Assembly (NCBI GenBank): GCA_023515725.1
Contig: JALDTO010000098.1
Coordinates: forward strand, 1,576,164-1,640,163
Reading direction: 5' to 3'
Length of the DNA: 64,000 nucleotides
Source of the DNA: Amoeboaphelidium protococcarum X5
Lineage: Eukaryota > Fungi > Aphelidiomycota
Below the pieces are notes generated by a model, which was not told the DNA's origin, made no database searches, and was given only the letters and a program-made list of their open reading frames with translations. Shown piece after piece: positions 1-15,046 of this stretch. Each line of letters begins with the position of its first letter. The stretch's first letter is position 1. Both the position numbers and the translations under genes were made by a program.

Positions 1-408
1 AGGTGCAGCCTCATATATCTCTTCAGGAGTCAGTTGGTCATAGTGGGCCAGATTCTTGATGCTATCCAAATCCTTCTTGAATCCACTGACGGCAGCCTTG
101 ACACTCTCCACAGTCTCCTTGGCTCTCTGCACAGCGTCCCCCTCCTAAGCATCCAGATCATTGAGCACTGAGGATACATCAGCCTTCTTCGGCTAGAATG
201 CACCAACTTCCTTCAGCACACTCTGCAGTACACTGACTCCCTCATCGCTCTTCAGTAGCTGCTTATAGCGCTCCATGTCCACAGCAGGAACAGGAGTAGA
301 AATAACACGCTCCAACTCCATTTATCTGTTCCTGATGGCACTCAGGGCCTCAAAATCAGACTGACTTAGAATAGCTCTAGCCTTTCCCAAATCCAATGCT
401 CTTTTCAT
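1..408 (-). CDS. ATP7: Mitochondrial ATP synthase subunit d (3' end outside window)
   Basis: With TAR=Q: MKRALDLGK...IRNRQMELE...VDMERYKQLLK...AHYDQLTPEEIYEAAP, which matches the subunit d pattern VDF.HYR.VLK...PFDELT. Confidence 0.8.
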
Positions 409-738
409 CTTTTATTTATTACTACTATGAACTTTATCTAATTCAATGAATATATAAATCGGTCAAATAGCCGTTCAAATGGAAAGGAAAGAATTTCTCA
501 TTCGAAATCGCTCGTTCTCTCTCTCGTCGTTCTCTGCCCGCTCGCTCATCGAAGAAAGCGCGAAATTGCAACAGTGAAGCGTTCAAAGCGCATTTTCTCT
601 TTCTCTCTCTCTCTCTCTGTCTCTTCTTTCAGTTGAGAGAAACCGGCTCTTCACGCGTTTCTTCTTATTCTTGTTCTGTCACAGTCTCAATCATTCAAGG
701 AGTTTACTGAATCTGTACCACTAGCAGGATTAATAGGG

Positions 739-2166
739 ATGAAACTGACAGGTCAGTGGAAGAGATTGTGTTCCGGGGAAGAGCTGAGGCTGGATCTCAC
801 TTGTGTTACTGGTTAGTCATTTAGATGGAATAAGAGCAGTAGTCGCACATTTTCCACAGATATTAGTGGTCGCATATTCACACTGTATTAGAATATGCAG
901 TCAGAAGACAAGAGTGTTTATTATTGGCATCACACATCCACCCTCTCCGTCAATAATAACGCGTAGCTTAAACCAGTAGTAGTCAGGAGTAATGAATAAA
1001 TTCTGAGAGATTACTTTCAATTGGATGTTGTTATGAGTGCTCTATACCGCAAATGGATCTAGAATGAAAAGCTGTTTTATAGTTTGAGTTTGAATTGTAA
1101 TATTGAAGATAAAGTAGAATTGAATAAGATTACTACAGCTCCATAGTAGTAGTATAACTTTGAGAAGAAATTCACAGCCATCAACTTGCAGGGCCTGCGT
1201 ATACTCAAGATTGATCCATTCGAGTGTCTACTCTCGTTCATATGCTCCTCCAACAATGGAATCCCACGTATCACTCAGATGGTGAGCAAATTATCTATGG
1301 GATTTGGTATCGGTTTAGGATATGTCAAAGATAATTACCACCTGTCAATGTGCGCTGAGAGTGATGATGACCGCGATGTTCTTCTTAAGTTGGCTAATTT
1401 CTTTGAGCAGAAGATTTTCTTTGCCTTTCCATAATCTGCTGAATTTTGTCAACCATTGGATAAAGTGGAAGCTGCTTTACGTGATTTAGGATTCGGATAT
1501 CGAGCCAAGTATATTGTCAATACGTGTCAGTCTTTGTTATAACTTTGCTAAACTCAAGGAGTTGAATTGTCTCAATTGCTTCTCAGTTATTATTGTCCAA
1601 GTGATGCAAAGTTATATCAAGAATCTTATGAAAGGACTAAATCGTTTCTTGTTGATAATTTTCAAGGTGTTGGACCTAAAGTTGCAGATTGTGTAATGCT
1701 ATTCTCTCTTGGATTCTATGATGCTGTGCCTGTGGATACTCATGTGCTTTAGATTGCTTAGCGTGATTACCGCTATCCCAAGATCAAGTCTGTTACGCCT
1801 ACACATTATCTGGGCATTCAGAAGCTATTCAAATCTGTATTTGGAGATTATTGTGGATGGGCTCACTCTGTTCTGTTTGTCGCCAATCTCAAGTGGAATC
1901 ATCTCTCCATCAATCAGGATGGTTACCAGTTGCAATAAGGAACTAAGCGCCTGGCTGATGGCGTGAGTTCTGAACAAGTTGTTGATTCCAAGTCCGCTGA
2001 TACTATTGTAGATTCCAAAGTGAAGTCAGAAGAAGATTCTAACAAACGAAGTCGCGTCTAGGTGAATTCTACTGATGATAATGAAGTAAATCAAAAGTGC
2101 GTTACTGGTAATGATGTTGCTTAATTGTAAGAGAACAAAGTTTCGCTTGTGAATAGCTCAGAATGA
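739..2166 (+). CDS. OGG1: 8-oxoguanine DNA glycosylase (HhH-GPD)
   Basis: LRLDLT..GQSFRW, FECLLSFICSSNNGIPRI, LGFGYRAKY, GVGPKVADC, VPVDTHV and GWAHSVLF in one open frame to TGA at 2164. Confidence 0.95.
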
Positions 2167-2267
2167 TTTCATGTATATAAATTCAATATCATAATCATAT
2201 CACTCTCTTTGTGAAACTTTGATGAAATGTTAATTTGTCGTTAACTTGACCGGTATAATGACAGTTT

Positions 2268-2294
2268 ATCATCATCATCATCATCATCATCATC
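2268..2294. repeat. (ATC)n microsatellite
   Basis: About 8 ATC units in the OGG1-DUF1275 spacer. Confidence 0.85.
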
Positions 2295-2454
2295 GAAATG
2301 ATTTTCCTAAATTTTAAACTTTCCGACGATTTTCCCCCTTTGCCCTTTGATTGCGATTTCGTAAAACGATTACTAAAATTGTAGTATATTTGGCGAACCT
2401 GTGGCAATAGTGCCTGGGTATTTATAGAGTAATTTTTGAGCAGATTATATAGAG

Positions 2455-3447
2455 ATGGCTACAAGTATACAGCTCAAAGATGGCTGTAGCAATACTGCTT
2501 TGAATGAGTAGAAGAATGTAAAGGTTGTCAATAGAAAAGAGTTCAAGAGTCTGATTGTATTCTCCACAATGTTGGCATTGTGCAGTGGATACATTGGAGC
2601 TGTGCAGATTGCGGGGTTATTTGAGGCCACTACTGTGCACATGTCCGGCAACGTGATAAAGACTGGTCTGTTGTTATCTGAGGGTGATTTTATGGAGGCT
2701 CTCAAGCTATCGTTTGTTTGGATTTTCTACATTTTTGGCTCTTTCCTATCTGCTATTATCGTGTCTGGTACCACGTCCTTCTCTCTTTCTCCTTCGTACG
2801 GATTTGCTTTACTCTTGGAATGTGCACTTTTATTGGCAGCTTTTGGAGCTTATTTTTTGGCTGGTCCTCGGTAGTCTGAGCAGTATTCATAGATGATTTG
2901 GGTGCCAGAATATCTCGCTGCAGTGGCGTGTGGTCTTTAGAACGCTCTCTGCACTTCTTACAGCTCTGCTACTATTCGCACCACTCATATGACTGGTACT
3001 TCTACTGATATTGGACTTGCTCTTGGTCAAGAGGTGAGAATTAGACTGGTGCTTCCGTTGGTTTAACGAATAGGAAATAAGCCTTTCAATTTGAGGCAAG
3101 ATTTTCCATAAGAGAGATCTTTAATGTGGAAGTTGAAAATCTTCATCCCCCTGTATATCGGATATCTTCTAGGAGCTGTTATTGGCGGTATTTCGTACTA
3201 TCTTCTGGATATTCACTCATTACTTCCTCCTGCTATTTTTATTGGCACGGTAGCCGTTATATATCTGACATAGATTTGTGTGATAAGAGGCTAGTGTAGT
3301 CAGTTTGCTAAATACATTCTAGCTTCTCTTGGTTATAAAACCGAGAAAAATGGTCAGGTGCAAGCTTCTGCTACCGAACTCTTTGTATTAGAACGGACAG
3401 AGGTGGATTTAAATCATCAACAATAGATCGAACTGGAATAGACATGA
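2455..3447 (+). CDS. DUF1275/YoaK family multi-pass membrane protein
   Basis: HMSGN, GLQNA (Q=TAG at 2938) and IRTTHMTGTSTDIG motifs; several hydrophobic helices. Confidence 0.85.
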
Positions 3448-3559
3448 ATATATAAACGGTAGAATCAATAAATGTAAATATTCAATAATAATTAATGTGA
3501 TATTGTTTTTGTAATTGTTATTCATAAAGCGATTAGTTTTAGAAGACGCGTCGATTAGA

Positions 3560-3982
3560 TCAACGGCGTGAATGAGTGACACCGAGCCAATGTGCTCCAA
3601 CAGTCTGTACCGTCTCGTTACAACAAAACCATCAGTGTTCAACCCGTAAAAATTCAGGTAATCATTAATACGAGCTAATAGTAATGGCAGAACGTCTGCA
3701 ACACGTCTAAGCAAAGGTAGGCTTTCTGCAGTAGGCATTATTCAAGGAATCACATCATACTGGCGTACACTTCCGTCAACAAGTGATGCATTGCATTCCT
3801 TTTCGAAAGCCACGAGCAGATCATTCTGGTTAGACTTGAAGTCGTTCACATTGTCCCTAATAGTATAAACATTAGCCTAAACAGTGTTAACATTAGTCTA
3901 AATAGCATTGACATTAGCCTAGATCGCATTAACAGTCGGTAAAAGCTTGAGCCCATTAAGGAGCACCAACACCAACAGCCAT
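3560..3982 (-). pseudogene. Degenerate coiled-coil / Mug135-C-like protein
   Basis: APQWAQA, then a frameshift near 3942, heptad repeats (VNAIQAN), an in-frame TGA at 3742-3744, then LPLL..V.D...INDYLNFYGL...RLLEHIG. Confidence 0.55.
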
Positions 3983-4127
3983 AGGATAATAAATTCTGAT
4001 CATTTCATTGTCAATGATCAAAGAACGGCACTTTGCTCTGGTAAAACGATCGTCGTCCAACTCATTAGAACGGTGTTTAGCTTTGACTTTTTGAAGATCC
4101 CAACTGGCGCGTATGAGTCCTAAGCAG

Positions 4128-5797
4128 TCATGACTTGAGCTTGAATGCAAGGAGGAGCAACGACCATCCGCCAGTAAACTACTCGATACTGCAAAAACTG
4201 TCAAAGACTAAATTCTCATTAACATCCAGAGTACCAGCATTTTGAGGAAAATACAGAGAAATCTTCTCAATAATACCTATTCCATCCTCAGGGCTTTACT
4301 CATAAAACAGGTGCAAACAGGTCAGAATGTCAGCTGGGAACGCAAAACCAAATTCAACATCGCCATCAAAATTAATCAATCCATTATCAGCCATCTCATA
4401 AAGCAAATTACCAACATTATTTACATTTTCCAATTACAATTCGTGTACAAGCAAAAGTTCCTTTAAATCCTCAAAATTATAGAAATATACCTGAATCGCA
4501 TCAGCCAACTCTTTAATTGAATACTTACCTAAACCGTCCTCAGCAAATGTTCTATTACTTTCTTATAGGGTCCAAATAGTGAGTTAAAAGCAGTTTTAAA
4601 CGGGAATACTGATCTAAACTAATCGGAATCTAGCTGATCAGCGGCTGGCAATTTACATTTCTTCATACATCGTACACATCCGCGCGTTTCAAAGCACAGA
4701 CGCCAAATTTGGTCATCATATAAGCCATCAGCTTCAGAACCACGTACAGCCTTAAGAGCGAGCTTAAACTCTGGCAAACTGCATATTGGCGATAACGTTT
4801 TTGGGACATATTTAGTGCTGTTCATATCGAAAGTGTGCTCTTACATAAAGTATCCCTAAGCAGCAGCATCAGAGTTACTCAACTTCTTGACAGCCAGCGG
4901 AAGCAATCTAGCAGCTGATCCACTTAAAATTACAACCAATGGCCGGAAGGTGGTATAACCGGCAACAGAAGTAACTTCAGATGTCCAGTCAAACCGAGCG
5001 CTTCTAAACGCATTGTCAAATTCATCCAAAACCACCAACATCGTCTTTCCGTTTTCAATCATCCACTAATAACACTATCTTATCGTAGGCCAAACATTAT
5101 CACTTGCCTATAACCATCCCAACTATACGGCAGCCGCGTGAATCACTCTCCTCAAATTCCAACTATGACTGTGCTCATTAATAATAAAGTAAATAAATGC
5201 ATGATTTGAATCGCCAATAAGTGCAGTCCACTTTCCCAACTCAAGTAAGAATTGAGATTTCCCAATACCACGCGTTCCGAGAACTAAAAAGCAATTCATT
5301 TATCCATCCAATTCCCTTTAAACTAATTGTGTTAACTTTCTCACCAAGTGAGCAGAGAGCTTTAGTCGAGAAGAGTCCAAATATCCACCAATTTAACGAA
5401 AGTACTAGGAAAATTAAAGCTTTCTTAGATCTAATTTTTATAACTTAGCATTGAGCAGCAAATTATTTGGCACCAAAGATATTGAATCAATTTTCACACC
5501 TGAAGATTAAAGAGTAATACCACTAGGAACTTGCAGTTACAGCTACGAAATACTCTATTGAGTACTGAACACTTACTTCTCATGATCTGACGCAAAGGAG
5601 ACGGGAATAGAATACTTAATTTACAACTTAAGTCTCCAGTCATTCCGAAACTCTTATAGTTGGCCTAGAGCAAGACTTAGCTGTTTCAGATTCTCACCAT
5701 TGTCTCCTTGGTCCACCGCGCACTATATAAGCAATGAAGATACCTTACTCGCCAACGAAATGATGTCACTTTTAATCTCATTTACTAACTGTTCCAT
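4128..5797 (-). CDS. Orphan P-loop NTPase (AAA+/STAND-like) with possible C-terminal winged helix
   Basis: Walker A GTRGIGKS and Walker B LVVLDEFD. The C-terminal LLYEMADNGLI segment is in frame only if 4491-4528 (GTAAGT..CAG, 38 nt) is an intron; otherwise it is frameshifted. Confidence 0.65.
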
Positions 5798-6280
5798 TTT
5801 ACAGAATAATGTATAATGACATGTCAAATATTTGAGAGTGGATAATCACGTCGATGAAATATTGCAATACTTTTGCACTAGAGAGAGATACAGGCAGAAG
5901 AGAGAGAGAGAGAAAATCATTTTGAAACGAAATGAACACATCGATCAGTTCAGATTCATCAGCCAAAATAAAGGATTGTATAAAATACTCGGCAGAAATA
6001 TTTTTTGTGGGTGGGTGGATGGCTTTGTTATTGAGTGTTAGCAAATAATTAGAGGGAAATATAAATCTAAATTTTTACCATTGATGTACGGAATACGCTT
6101 GTAGAGAGACTTGTGGTTCCGCGACTATTCTATAGTATTGACGCTGCTTACAGACTTCTTTTGGCTTAAACAAATGCCAGCAACTCCGATGGCTAGTTTC
6201 ATATTTCAACCGCCTTCAAAAAGTCGTACTTCCTTTAAAATGTATAAATCAATACAAATTTAATAAAACAAACGATGATA

Positions 6281-8227
<1,947 letters not shown>

Positions 8228-8886
8228 GGACGCGTCAACTTCATCTAGCTACCCATTTTATTGTATTTTTACCGACAACTATTAATTATAGTACTAAGTA
8301 CGGCTGGGCTATGCAATACTGGTTGAAGCCCGAGTCCTTTTCATGCTTCGTCAGGCTTTTAATTTAATTTGCAGAATAAGTAGAATGATCGCACGTTGCT
8401 GAAATACTACTGAGATATCTAATACGGAAAGATTATTATTTAGGCTATATTTAATCAAAATTGACTTTTTCTTAAATTATTCGTGTGAGTTGCTTTAGCA
8501 TTATAATGCGGAATTCTTTTGCAATTGCTTTCACATTTTCATTTTCACAAAACGCGTAAGAGCGAATCTTTATTGCAACTATCAATCTTTCGCCTCTATT
8601 AGTATAAGTTAGAGCGTAAGACAATACATTTGTAAATGATGAAAATCTTTAAGCTGAAATATTAACAATATTGATGCAATAATGAAACACTGAAGATTTC
8701 TGATACATTGACTATTAGACGCGTACCCATTCTTTTATTGCGCCTGAAGCCGTCGGCGTCTTTGCCATTTTGCAACTTTTCTCTGCCCATTTCCTTTTCG
8801 GTTGTGTTCGCGGAATTCTGTGAATATATTAATAAGATAAAGCGACGTGATAATCATCTACTTACATCCGTGTTCAATTCAGCAAA

Positions 8887-9607
8887 ATGTCATAGCAATC
8901 GGACAGTAAACGTGAAGGCGACAGTCAAGGTCACGCTCTCTATCAGCCATGGAGTCTGTGGTTTACCCATAGGCCTGTCGGTACTAAAATGACTGAAGCT
9001 GATTATGAAAGTGGAATGCACAAGGTGAATACTGCTAATACTGTAATTTCGTGTTTAATTCTATTACGAGTCTAATTATATCTACTGAATAAATACTGGG
9101 TAATTGTAGGTTGAGGAATATTGGGCTATGCACTAGTGGCTGAACAAACCATCCGCCGTGCCACCAGTCACAGACTACATGTTATTTAAGGACGGTGTGA
9201 AGCCCATGTGGGAAGACGAGGAGAACGTAAAGGGCGGCAAGTGGATGGTGAGATTGAAGAAGGAGCTATCCAATCGCGTCTGGGAGAACATCGCCATTGC
9301 TCTGGTTGGCGGTGAATTTGTCAATGTGCCCAGTGCTGATGAAGGCCAGGACGCGCCTGAAGTCACCACGGAACAACTGGCCGAGGATGTTTGCGGAATT
9401 GTTCTGTCTCTTCGCGCCGCCGAAACCATCGTCTCTGTGTGGAATAAAGACTGTTAGAATGAAAAGTTGAAGGCTGCAATTCGTTAGCGCTTAATGAAAG
9501 TACTGGAACTGCCAGCAGGTACCATCTTGGAGTACAAAAATCATTCCAGTGCCCTGAAGGATAAAAGCAGCTTCAGCAATACGCGTGTATTCAAGTAATA
9601 AAATTGA
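8887..9607 (+). CDS. EIF4E2: Class II eIF4E (4E-HP like); intron 9043-9109
   Basis: HALYQPWSLW, Tyr at the W56-equivalent position (DYE), VEEYW, LFKDGVKPMWED, GGKW and EYKNH..LKDKSSF. Confidence 0.88.
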
Positions 9608-9689
9608 AATTTATCTTTCTGTAAATGCTCGAGATATTATTTTAAAGTTACTTTTTATTCTTTGTGTCGCACTCAATAAATCTTGAGTA

Positions 9690-10470
9690 TCAATAGAATG
9701 GACTAGAATATTCTTCAAATCCATCATCATCTCCAGACTAGAGCTCAGGACTAGAGTTGGCAAAAGGATTTGAGCTCCGAAATTGTATCCTTCTACCACT
9801 TTACTGCCCACCAATATTGACAAACACCTCGTCATCACCCAACACGTCAATATCAAAGCTTCTCTCATCATCAAGTTCATCGTCATTATCGCCACTACCG
9901 TCATCAAAACCGTTATCTGAATCATGAACCTCATCTTAGTCTTCCGATACGTCGTTTGAACTCGCGTCTTAATTTAGTTGCATTGCAAAGCCTTATTAAA
10001 GGAGACTGGTATCTTGATAGACGTAAATAGCAGATGCAGATGATGCTGGGGCAAAATCAAAACTAGTATCGGGAGCTTGTTACATAACAGCGGAGGATGG
10101 TAGAAGAGTCTACTACTGCATTTGAGTAAGTTGATCGCTTCGATCACTGCGGATTTAATATTAAGACGCATCTAATGAGAAATCAGCGGCTGATATAGAG
10201 CAACCTTGTTGCAGCCGACCTCTTTATATCCTTTATGCTTTCAACAGAGATTTCACTCGTAAATTTGATGCTTTATTTAAAAGCTTTTCAGTCTACACGT
10301 CATTGTACGTACAGTACTTGTCAGTTCATTTAAGCGTCAACATTCTAAAAGCTAAGACAACTTACGTCTTATTGCAATTTGCAGTGTTACTCCTTCAACA
10401 GCTATTTTGCTTCAACTACATTATATATACGCTTGACTGGGCGTGCCTGAGGAAATTCAATGACATGCAT
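9690..10470 (-). CDS. Hypothetical protein with acidic C-terminal half; intron 10293-10365
   Basis: Long TGA-free frame after removing a GTAAGT..GTGTAG intron; D/E-rich tail. Confidence 0.6.
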
Positions 10471-10825
10471 GATAGTGTAGAAAGAACTAACGTCTGTAAC
10501 AAATAAAGGTAAAAAGTGAAATGAGAAATGTGAAACTGTTCAACAGTTCCTTGCACTAAAGTCTAATAGATATCGCAAAGAGTACGCGTAAAACAATTAA
10601 ATGTTTTGAAGGTGGATTTGTCTGTCATCCAATGAAACTCTTGCTCAAATAATCGCGGATTTTAATAAAGATTCACATCAAAGGGATTTCAGATTTGGTG
10701 TGACATCATCGCCTAAAGGGATTCACAGCATCGCCCCGGGAATCTACTCCCGATCTTACCTTCTTTGTACATTGCAAATTTGACACCAAAAGAAATATTT
10801 TAAAGTCGCATTGGAATTTTTGGAA

Positions 10826-11911
10826 ATGAGCGGTGCTGATAATTCACAGCCTAGCGATAGCACTAGCAGCGCTAGTAGTATAAAGAAAGATGAGCTTGTA
10901 CTGAATATAGAGGATGGTAATATACCTCAGGATACGACGACCAGCAGCGGATTGTCCAGGAATCTAAGCGAGGCCAGAAAAGCTCATAAAAATCTGGATG
11001 CGGAAGCTTCACGGGCTGCGCATGAAAAGAAGAGGCATAATGCTGTGTAAAGGTCGGGCACTGCTGATGAACAGGATTTTACACATAACGACTCTGATGG
11101 CGATGGACAGAAAGGTATCGAAATGAATTAGACTCTCGGTAATGATGGTGATGACAATTCTACTCGTGGATGGAAAAATCACTCTGCTGCTTAGGAGAAA
11201 CACGATAAGGTGGGCGGTTACTTGAAGCCGGTCGTGTTTGGAGGTGTAGATGGTATCATTACCACTTTCGCGGTGCTTTCATCATCAACTGGTGCCAATC
11301 TTGCTATAGGCACGGCGATTATTCTCGGTCTTGCCAATCTGGTCGGCGATGGCCTCTCCATGGGTATCGGTGAGTATTTGTCCAGTAAAGCTGAATACGA
11401 TTACGCTGTTGCAGAGAGGAAACGTGAATTGTGGGAGACTGAGAATTACTTGGAAGGAGAGAAGCAGGAGATGGTTGAAATTTACCAGGGCCGAGGAATG
11501 TCTAAAGCTGATGCCGTGGCTGTCATTGATATTATGAGCAAGTACAAGGATGTTTTTGTGGACACGATGTTGGTCGATGAGCTTGGAATACAACCTCCAG
11601 ATGCCAACGAGCAGCCATGGAAGTCTGGTATTGCCATCTTTTGTTCATTCTGTGTATTCGGATTCCTTCCTCTCTTGGTGTATATTATTGCATTCGCCAC
11701 AGGTTAACGAGTGGTTCAAGGATTTAATTACACGTACATGGCATCTTGTATAGTAACAGCGTTGTGTCTGTTCTCTCTCGGTGTACTCAAGAGTCGCGTC
11801 ACCAACTAGAAATGGTATAAAAGCGGTGGCGTCGTGCTCGCGACCGGAGGTATTGCTGCGATTGCGGCGTTTTTGTTGGGTATTCTTCTAGAACCGGTTC
11901 TAGGCAAATGA
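10826..11911 (+). CDS. VIT1: VIT1/CCC1 family vacuolar Fe/Mn transporter
   Basis: VFGGVDGIITTFAV, LANLVGDGLSMGIGEYLS and the ERKRELWE..EKQEM metal-binding segment. Confidence 0.93.
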
Positions 11912-11978
11912 ACAAGAGAATGTTTAATGCGATTAATCAATTTATATAGTACACCTGACTTCTGAATACCATTTCACT

Positions 11979-12886
11979 TCAAAATGTCAAACCATTAATC
12001 GTCTACTACATTTACATCTCGGCAATCAGCTATAAGTCTGTGCGCACTGACTGAATGATCGCTTTCAGTTTCGCGTCAACTTTCTTGAAAGCACTCTGAA
12101 AGGAACTGTAATCGTTCTGAGCAGACGCGTCACTGGAAGGCCATTTCATTTCCTTGAATTGCTTATAGAGACGACACAGCAACGCGCATAGACAATGCGT
12201 AACTGTTGCATAATCTATAGCTAATGGCTACTTTCTTTATTACACGTATTGAAGTGTGATATATAAATAAATGTTAAGAACAACCTCAAGTACAAACTTA
12301 CAATATGATTCACTACAAGTTGAGAGTAATTCTTTGGACCAGCTGAAACAGTTTATGGAATTATGTATGGATTTCCTTACAGCTATTACCATTACTACAC
12401 ATCATCAGTTGAGAATAATATATAGCCATTCAATTTAAATGTATGATTGATAATTCAAACCTTGACTGCAGTAGTATCATTCTAATAATAATCAAACTCT
12501 TGCAATAGAATACATAAAGCTTTCAAGAGTTGACGTTTATCATCGATACGAAGCAGAACGCCGATCGATGTGCCGAAATGTAACCAGTTGGACGTTTTCT
12601 TTCTCATATTAGATGGTAGTGATTGAGGTTGAGCATTACTGAACACATTCAAACGGACACTGTTATAGAATAATTATTTGCCAGTGATCACGTCGCATAA
12701 ATATGTTAATTGCTATCTTCTTCGCTTACTCAAAGTATTGATAAATGACATGTCCACTGTGGATGTGCTCTGTGATCCATCAACCTCATCCGGCAAGATT
12801 ATCATTGGACTCTACGGAGCAGTTTTATAAACAGACTCCGCCGCTGTATTAGCAGTCAACAGTCTCTCAACATTGTTGTTCATCAT
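11979..12886 (-). CDS. Conserved-looking hypothetical protein; introns 12395-12460 and 12228-12301
   Basis: Open frame KRRQQLTYL..FGTSIGVLL..LLQEFDYY..PLAIDY..LCALLCRLYK..FKKVDAKLK after two canonical introns; resembles an uncharacterised fungal family (recalled, not searched). Confidence 0.7.
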
Positions 12887-13220
12887 GCAGCAGGGATCTT
12901 TTATTTTAAATCCAGCTTTGATTTCCTATAAATTGATTGCTATTCAAACAGAAGATTGTTTCACTTCACCTGATTTCAAGAGGATAAAGAGCACAAAGAG
13001 GACAAACGATTTTAGTGAAACAGAGCTGTAGCGTTTAACTAGAAGACAACTCTGCTGATAACAATCAATTCATCTGTTATACAGTCAACTATCCAAAAGA
13101 TAAATAACATAAAATTATGATGATAGAGTACATTAAAACTATTTTAATAGTTCAGCAAGGTTCATTGCTCACTGCAAATGAGACCAAAGAATAAAACTAG
13201 AACAACACCGCAGCTCACAA

Positions 13221-14159
13221 TCACTTTCTCACAAACGTCTTTCCACTGGCAGTCTTCTTCTCCTTGTCAACAACCTCAGGCTTGGCACGGTTCAACACCT
13301 TCAGAAATTGATCAACCTTGGCTCTCATACGCGAGTGCATGTAAGCCTTGCTACACTTGATGTGGTAGTGTAAATAGTTTCTAAAGTACTGAATCAGAGA
13401 GATGGTATTAATCTTGGACTGAGCCGTCTAGTAGTGACGAGGATTCAGAACAAAGGTGACATAGCCCATGTTGTCAATCTCCTTCACAAGACCGCGCAGT
13501 TCCAGTGGAGGATCTCTATTGGTATACAATGCCTGGGGAGCATTCTACAAGTTGGCCTACTTACGACAGTCGACAAACTCTTACAGGAACACTTTGCCAA
13601 AGTTTACATCAGTCTCATCCTTGAATAGAGTGCTGAAGATGACGGTGACTCGATCGAATGAAGCCTTGATGTAAATCGCCTCATCATCGCGATATGAAAT
13701 CTTCATCAACTCACCATCCTATTTCTAAGTCAATTTGCCACTCAGCTACTGCTCAAATGCCTTCTCAAACGGAGCTGCCATGACAAGAGTCTTCAGTGAG
13801 GACAATTTTCTAACTGCTTCATCACGATCTTGCTAACTGCCTAGCTGGGCCAAGTTCACCTGCAGAGAGACGTCGAATCCACTCTCAACCTGTGATGGAT
13901 CCAACAACCAATCGCCAAACTCCCGCTGCAACACATCCCATGCACCGTAATGAACCAGCTCATCCTAGAAACACTTCAAGCGCATAGACAACTGCACAAC
14001 ATTCTTGTCCTCAAGTGGAGTGGTGATGTGGTAGGTGACACCGTCATAGTCTGCCAATGAAACATCCAGCACGGCAGGTCCGCCCTCCATCTCATTTGAC
14101 TCGAATCGATAATTTAGAGTCTCCTGAATAATCTTATTAGTGGGTTCCAACAAAATCAT
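13221..14159 (-). CDS. ARPC2: Arp2/3 complex subunit 2 (p34)
   Basis: [32 protein letters not shown] and the C-terminal KKTASGKTF. Confidence 0.97.
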
Positions 14160-14430
14160 TATGATAGCAGTTCACAATATTTAAGTAAATGTATTATTAT
14201 GGTCTATTTAAACTAAAATAGGCGCAAAATACAAATAGAAGAACAACAACAGCGGAAAGGAAGAATGTCAAGTCGACCAAGAACGTTCGTCTCGCTCCAA
14301 CTTCTCTTTAAAACAGATCAGGCAGAGAGCGGCAAAGAGAAGGAGAAACGAAATGCGGCGCAAGAAGCGAAGCGAGAAGACTTTTACAGTACAGTAGTGC
14401 TCAAGGGAGCATATATTTACCACACAGTTA

Positions 14431-14951
14431 TCAATCATACACGTGAACCAGTCCATAAAACAACCTACAAATTATCATTATATAATGCACTACATATATC
14501 AAGTATCAGAAAATCAATTTACGTCCAAAAGAGAACGAAAGACTACACATAAGCATGACGGGAATCAAACAACTATTAAAACCATTAAGATCAAAGCTCA
14601 CCAAAACGTTCCCAAATACACCTTCAGTCAACAGCCAAGTCAAAGATGGAAAGTATTTGCCGTGATGAGCACCTTTGCCAACAAACATTAAGATCATCCC
14701 ACTCAATAACGCGCTCATTGCAAAATAAAATACAAATCCCATGTAGGAGGTGAGACCAAGAATTCCGGCACACACTCCAAATAACGGCGAGGATGCATCC
14801 CTTCTACAATCATAACGTGTCACGGTTGCATTCAGATTAAAGAGTTAAGGCGCACGAAAGTCCGAATTTAGTCTTACATCAACCTGACAGCTTTCTAGTT
14901 CCTCAGTAAACTTTCTTCATGATAAATTTATCGCTACTACTGGGTGGACAT
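14431..14951 (-). CDS. EMC6: ER membrane complex subunit 6; introns 14804-14877, 14543-14601, 14465-14522
   Basis: GVCAGILGLT..GFVFY and the spliced C-terminus SFVLFWTLFYGLVHVYD-TGA. Confidence 0.92.
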
Positions 14952-15046
14952 TTTTTATCTCTCGTGATCTATTAGTTCTGTGTTCTCAAAGGACCGAAAA
15001 TTGAGGAAGAATCAATTTGATCTAAGCGATATAAAATCCTCACCTT

